Source: a virus
Taxonomy: Duplodnaviria > Caudoviricetes
Strand: one strand, 5' to 3'
Length of the DNA: 27,939 nucleotides
IMG/VR virus record: IMGVR_UViG_3300045918_000020
Span: 1 to 27,939 of that record
Of the stretch, positions 24,730-27,939 are shown one piece after another. The translations under genes and the position numbers were made by a program. The notes beneath the pieces are model-generated. The model did not search any database. It saw only the letters and a program-made list of their open reading frames with translations, and was not told where the DNA came from. How positions within the stretch are numbered: the first letter of the stretch is position 1; each line of letters opens with the position of its first letter.

Positions 24730-25562
24730 TCATCTTTATGCTGTCCCATATAAGTTACATGATGTTCAATTACTCCATCTTTGTCATTATGAATTGAATG
24801 AGTATATTTAAATAAAGAATTTCTAGGATGAATGAATTCTCTTTCTGTTGGAGTAGATGAAAGATTTCCTTTTTGAAATTCATTATCATCTTCTAAGTGA
24901 TCTGATTTACCATCAACATATCCTCCTGGAGATCCTTTAGGGTGATGTATAACTATCATATGTCTAGCAGATGTATAGTTAGAATCTTTATCCATACCAG
25001 CAAAACTTTTTGCTTTTACTCTTGATAAAGATGAAGATGTAAAATTAGTTGCTCTAAATGTTTCTCCTTTCTTTATATGACGACTTAAATCCTTTCTTAT
25101 GCCAGAGTATAAGGCGAAGTCTTTTTTTGTTCTATGTTTGTTCAAAGCAGAATCTAGTGGAGCAGTCTCATCATTTATTCTGTTAACAGTTCTTTCATCT
25201 GGAGTATAAGAACGATCAATTCCATATCTTGCATGATGACTGTTTATTGCATATGATGAAGTAGTATAATTTCTAATTGCCATCTCTTCGCCTTTACTAT
25301 ACTTGTACTGTTTAGACAGCTTTTCATGTTCTTTTTGAATTTGGTCGTATGTTAATTCTTCTTTCAATTCCTTTGGCTTTTCTGAATGTTTGCCAAATAT
25401 AATGTCATTGAATATCTTTTCTTTTGGCTTTTCTGAATGTTTGCCAAATATAATGTCATTGAATATCTTTTCTTTTGGCTTTTCTGAATGTTTGCCATAT
25501 ACGACATCGTTAAATATTGGCATCTTATAAACTATCTTTTTTAATTGCTTTAATGTTGACAT
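24726..25562 (-). CDS. ADP-ribosyltransferase (VIP2/Alt-like) with N-terminal repeats
   Basis: YT.SSY.IN, LDSAL, LYSG, FTSSS, A.SFA, EREFI.PR. Confidence 0.82.
   Translation of the reverse strand: MSTLKQLKKIVYKMPIFNDVVYGKHSEKPKEKIFNDIIFGKHSEKPKEKIFNDIIFGKHSEKPKELKEELTYDQIQKEHEKLSKQYKYSKGEEMAIRNYTTSSYAINSHHARYGIDRSYTPDERTVNRINDETAPLDSALNKHRTKKDFALYSGIRKDLSRHIKKGETFRATNFTSSSLSRVKAKSFAGMDKDSNYTSARHMIVIHHPKGSPGGYVDGKSDHLEDDNEFQKGNLSSTPTEREFIHPRNSLFKYTHSIHNDKDGVIEHHVTYMGQHKDD
25372..25517 (-). repeat. 51-bp coding repeat, about 3 copies
   Basis: Encodes IFND[VVY/IIF]GKHSEKPKE[K/L]. Confidence 0.95.
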
Positions 25563-25574
25563 AATTTCTTACCA

Positions 25575-25595
25575 GATAAATAATGATTATTTATA
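25575..25595. promoter_or_regulatory. Face-to-face T4-type late promoters
   Basis: + GATAAATA 25575-25582 and - TATAAATA 25595-25588. Confidence 0.7.
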
Positions 25596-25606
25596 GGAGG
25601 TATCAA

Positions 25607-26026
25607 ATGTTAATTGAAGTAATCCGTAATATCAAAACAAATAAATCAACTGAAGGATCATTATTAGTTAATGGTAATCAATTCTGTTATACCTTAGAAG
25701 ATGTTGTACGTGAAGTAATAGGACAACCAGTATCATCATGGAAAGTTCAAAATGAAACAGCTATTCCAGCAGGATCATATAAAGTTATCATATCTCACTC
25801 TAATCATTTCAATAAATATTTGCCTGAAATATTAAATGTTCCTGAATATGCAGGAGTTCGCATTCATTGTGGTAATACTGCCGCCGATACTGAAGGATGT
25901 ATCTTATTAGGAACGTTTGAACAAGTTGATGCTATCAGTGGCTCAAGATCAGCATTTGATAAATTGTTTCCTTTGATTCAAGCAGCATATGCAGCAGGAG
26001 AGGAAATAACATTAAAGATTTCTTGA
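25607..26026 (+). CDS. DUF5675-family protein (possible cell-wall enzyme)
   Basis: CYTLE, AIPAG.Y, NVP...G.RIH.GN...DTEGCIL.G, SR.AF; AGGAGG SD before ATG 25607. Confidence 0.8.
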   Translation: MLIEVIRNIKTNKSTEGSLLVNGNQFCYTLEDVVREVIGQPVSSWKVQNETAIPAGSYKVIISHSNHFNKYLPEILNVPEYAGVRIHCGNTAADTEGCILLGTFEQVDAISGSRSAFDKLFPLIQAAYAAGEEITLKIS

Positions 26027-26097
26027 TTAGATCATTAGAGGTGATAACCTGCATTGTTATCATCTTAAATGCTTGGCATCATTGGTGAAGTATGTTT

Positions 26098-26140
26098 AAG
26101 TAGTCTTTAATAACTATAATGAGTATTAAAGACTACTTTT
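26098..26140 (+). terminator. Intrinsic terminator
   Basis: Perfect 15-bp stem AAGTAGTCTTTAATA/TATTAAAGACTACTT ending in a T-run. Confidence 0.7.
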
Positions 26141-26158
26141 TAATATCTTAAATAAATG

Positions 26159-26204
26159 TTGACATCCTATTTTGTTCATGTATAATACACATTATCTGAA
26201 CAAA
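26159..26204 (+). promoter_or_regulatory. Early promoter cassette, copy 3
   Basis: TTGACA-16 nt-TATAAT followed by ACACATTATCTGAACAAA and AAGGAG. Confidence 0.85.
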
Positions 26205-26219
26205 CTAAGGAGCAATCAA

Positions 26220-26408
26220 ATGAGTATTTATGTCGAGAACGGATACAAAAATCGTAAAGATTATCTTTATTCTGTTGCAGAAGATTATGGAGTGCCACAT
26301 CGTATCGTATTATCTTTAGCCGATTTTCTAGGACCAGATGAAGATTTTGATGGACTTGTTAATGCAGTAGAAGATTGTTATCAAGATTATGAAAGCGATA
26401 TCCTATGA
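26220..26408 (+). CDS. Conserved acidic hypothetical phage protein
   Basis: MSIY.ENGY..R.DYL.S.AEDYGV...LA..LG..EDFDGLV; AAGGAG SD before ATG 26220. Confidence 0.75.
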   Translation: MSIYVENGYKNRKDYLYSVAEDYGVPHRIVLSLADFLGPDEDFDGLVNAVEDCYQDYESDIL

Positions 26409-26947
26409 AAGTAATTTATCTTCATGGCCTAGGTTCATCTCCTAATACCAAAAAGGTTCAACTTCTAAAAGATGTTGGATTTAATGTAGTGTCGCCAATA
26501 ATTGATATTGATCCAGAAATAGCTGAACCATATCTTATCGACTTCATCTTTAATGAATTAGGTAAAGATGAAGAACGTGTCTGCCTATGTGGAACTTCTT
26601 TAGGTGGTTATTGGGTCGCTAGGATGCAAGAATTCTTTAGTATAAATGGACTTCTTATCAATCCAGCTTTATATCCACAAGAATCATTAAAAAGATTTAA
26701 CGGCTCATATAAAGATTATGCTACTGGTCAAATGAAAGATTTAACAAATGTGATTGATAAGTATTTGCCTATATCAGAAGATAATACAGCATGGCAAACA
26801 TTTTTTATCGCTGTCAATGATACTCCTATTCCAAAATTTGCTACTCAGATAAAACTTTATGATTCTGATGATCATCAAGGACTTTCATTCTTCGATGATG
26901 TCATTAAAAAGATTCGTTATTTAGATGCCCAATTTGAACCTGTATGA
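26405..26947 (+). CDS. YqiA/UPF0227-like alpha/beta-hydrolase (esterase)
   Basis: YLHG..SS, nucleophile elbow GTSLGG, LINPA, C-terminal Asp and His candidates. Confidence 0.88.
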   Translation: MKVIYLHGLGSSPNTKKVQLLKDVGFNVVSPIIDIDPEIAEPYLIDFIFNELGKDEERVCLCGTSLGGYWVARMQEFFSINGLLINPALYPQESLKRFNGSYKDYATGQMKDLTNVIDKYLPISEDNTAWQTFFIAVNDTPIPKFATQIKLYDSDDHQGLSFFDDVIKKIRYLDAQFEPV

Positions 26948-27468
26948 CCACGTAATTCTTTTGTGTGCATAGTCCCACCTATTATTCGATCATAAGTGTT
27001 ATCAGGATTAGATGTAGATTCTTTTCCTGTTAATTCCTTCACCTTAGTATTAGATATCTTAGGTGCATTAACCTTATCTGATAATCTAGCCATTCCATGT
27101 GATACCTCTCCCCATGCCCTCTTAAATTTTACATCCTCTTCAGCAGTCTTAGTTAATTGTCTTTTACCTTCATCAGATCCATCCGTAGCAGCAGCTATTG
27201 ATTTTCTTCCGTGTGACTTTTTGTAAATTCTAACAGCTACAGGAACTCCTTTAGATTTATTCAATTTTATGATGTGATTTGGATCTCTTATGTCTTTTGA
27301 TATCTCTTTATATTCCTCATCTGTATCATGTCCTAATCCACCATATCCTCCAATATTTTTATACGATGACTTTATCATTGCATGAATTGCATCATGATAT
27401 GGCTCTTTCTCTGATAACTTGTCTGTAGTTAAATAATGCTCTAATAAATATTGTTTAAAAGTTTTCAT
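26917..27468 (-). CDS. Capsid-targeted internal virion protein (hypothetical)
   Basis: MKTFKQYLLE N-terminus; GGGAG SD; - strand late box CATAAATA at 27494-27487. Confidence 0.75.
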   Translation of the reverse strand: MKTFKQYLLEHYLTTDKLSEKEPYHDAIHAMIKSSYKNIGGYGGLGHDTDEEYKEISKDIRDPNHIIKLNKSKGVPVAVRIYKKSHGRKSIAAATDGSDEGKRQLTKTAEEDVKFKRAWGEVSHGMARLSDKVNAPKISNTKVKELTGKESTSNPDNTYDRIIGGTMHTKELRGHTGSNWASK

Positions 27469-27491
27469 CTAATCTCCCTATTTTATTATTT

Positions 27492-27680
27492 ATGACGAAT
27501 ACTGAACTTTTAAATATTTCTAAAGAATTATCAAAAGGACATACCATACTAGAATTTAATTCTGTCGGTGATCCTATTAAAATATCTTTACATGATGAAG
27601 ATGGAAAATTGATAAAAGTAATTTGGGAGAAAGTTACGATAAATAATGATAATAGTTTAACTACTGAAAGATTAGAATGA
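27492..27680 (+). CDS. Hypothetical protein
   Basis: 62-aa ORF behind AATAAATA 27443-27450, coupled to the next gene. Confidence 0.55.
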   Translation: MTNTELLNISKELSKGHTILEFNSVGDPIKISLHDEDGKLIKVIWEKVTINNDNSLTTERLE

Positions 27681-27939
27681 GCGGATTAGTAAAATCAAAT
27701 ATTCAAATAGGTGATAGCACAACAGCTACTCAAAATTTTACATTATCTGTTCCGCCTTCTCCAGATGGAACAATTAAATTATCGCGTGGTAATTTTGGTG
27801 TTACTACCTCCGATATATTATCCATTAATAGTAGTGGATCAGTTTCACTATTAGCATTAGATAATACTCCTATAGGCACTACTACATCTAATACTGGTAA
27901 GTTTACCACTCTATCAGCCACATCCATCAACTCCACCCC
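27677..27939 (+). CDS. Tail fibre / structural protein, N-terminal part (truncated by window)
   Basis: MSGLVKSNIQIGDSTTATQNFTL...LDNTPIGTTTSNTGKFTTLSATSINSTP; Ser/Thr/Gly-rich, ATGA coupling, frame open to the window end. Confidence 0.65.
   Translation, partial: MSGLVKSNIQIGDSTTATQNFTLSVPPSPDGTIKLSRGNFGVTTSDILSINSSGSVSLLALDNTPIGTTTSNTGKFTTLSATSINST

Noticed and set aside
1-27939. Stop-codon reassignment or suppressor tRNA
   Set aside because: Core genes are intact in the standard code, TAA, TGA and TAG all end genes, and no CTA/TCA/TTA anticodon was found.

Overview
AT-rich fragment of a large T4-like myophage genome (family and host cannot be determined from the window), standard genetic code. 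Positions 1-11100 are an accessory/early region: a nonapeptide-repeat protein, a lytic transglycosylase, many small ORFs behind sigma70-like promoters, six tRNA genes with structured non-tRNA spacers, an AAA ATPase and RNA ligase 2. Positions 11100-13330 hold gp33, gp59, a Tad2/DUF2829 anti-defence protein and gp32. Positions 13327-23497 are two divergent late blocks: gp4-gp2-gp54-gp26-gp51-gp29-like on the minus strand and gp48-gp53-gp27-gp5-PAAR on the plus strand. Then follow a ~360-nt structured intergenic element, two convergent ADP-ribosyltransferases, DUF5675, a YqiA-like esterase, a head-targeted protein and the start of a tail-fibre-like gene. The most interesting unexplained signals are (1) a leader-peptide/antiterminator/terminator attenuator upstream of the tRNA cluster, (2) four candidate structured ncRNAs, (3) a possible lambda G/GT-type -1 frameshift fusing gp26 to gp51, and (4) a set of capsid-targeted cargo proteins including two ARTs that lack the canonical Arg. 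All calls were made by eye from motifs and synteny; no searches or folding programs were run.
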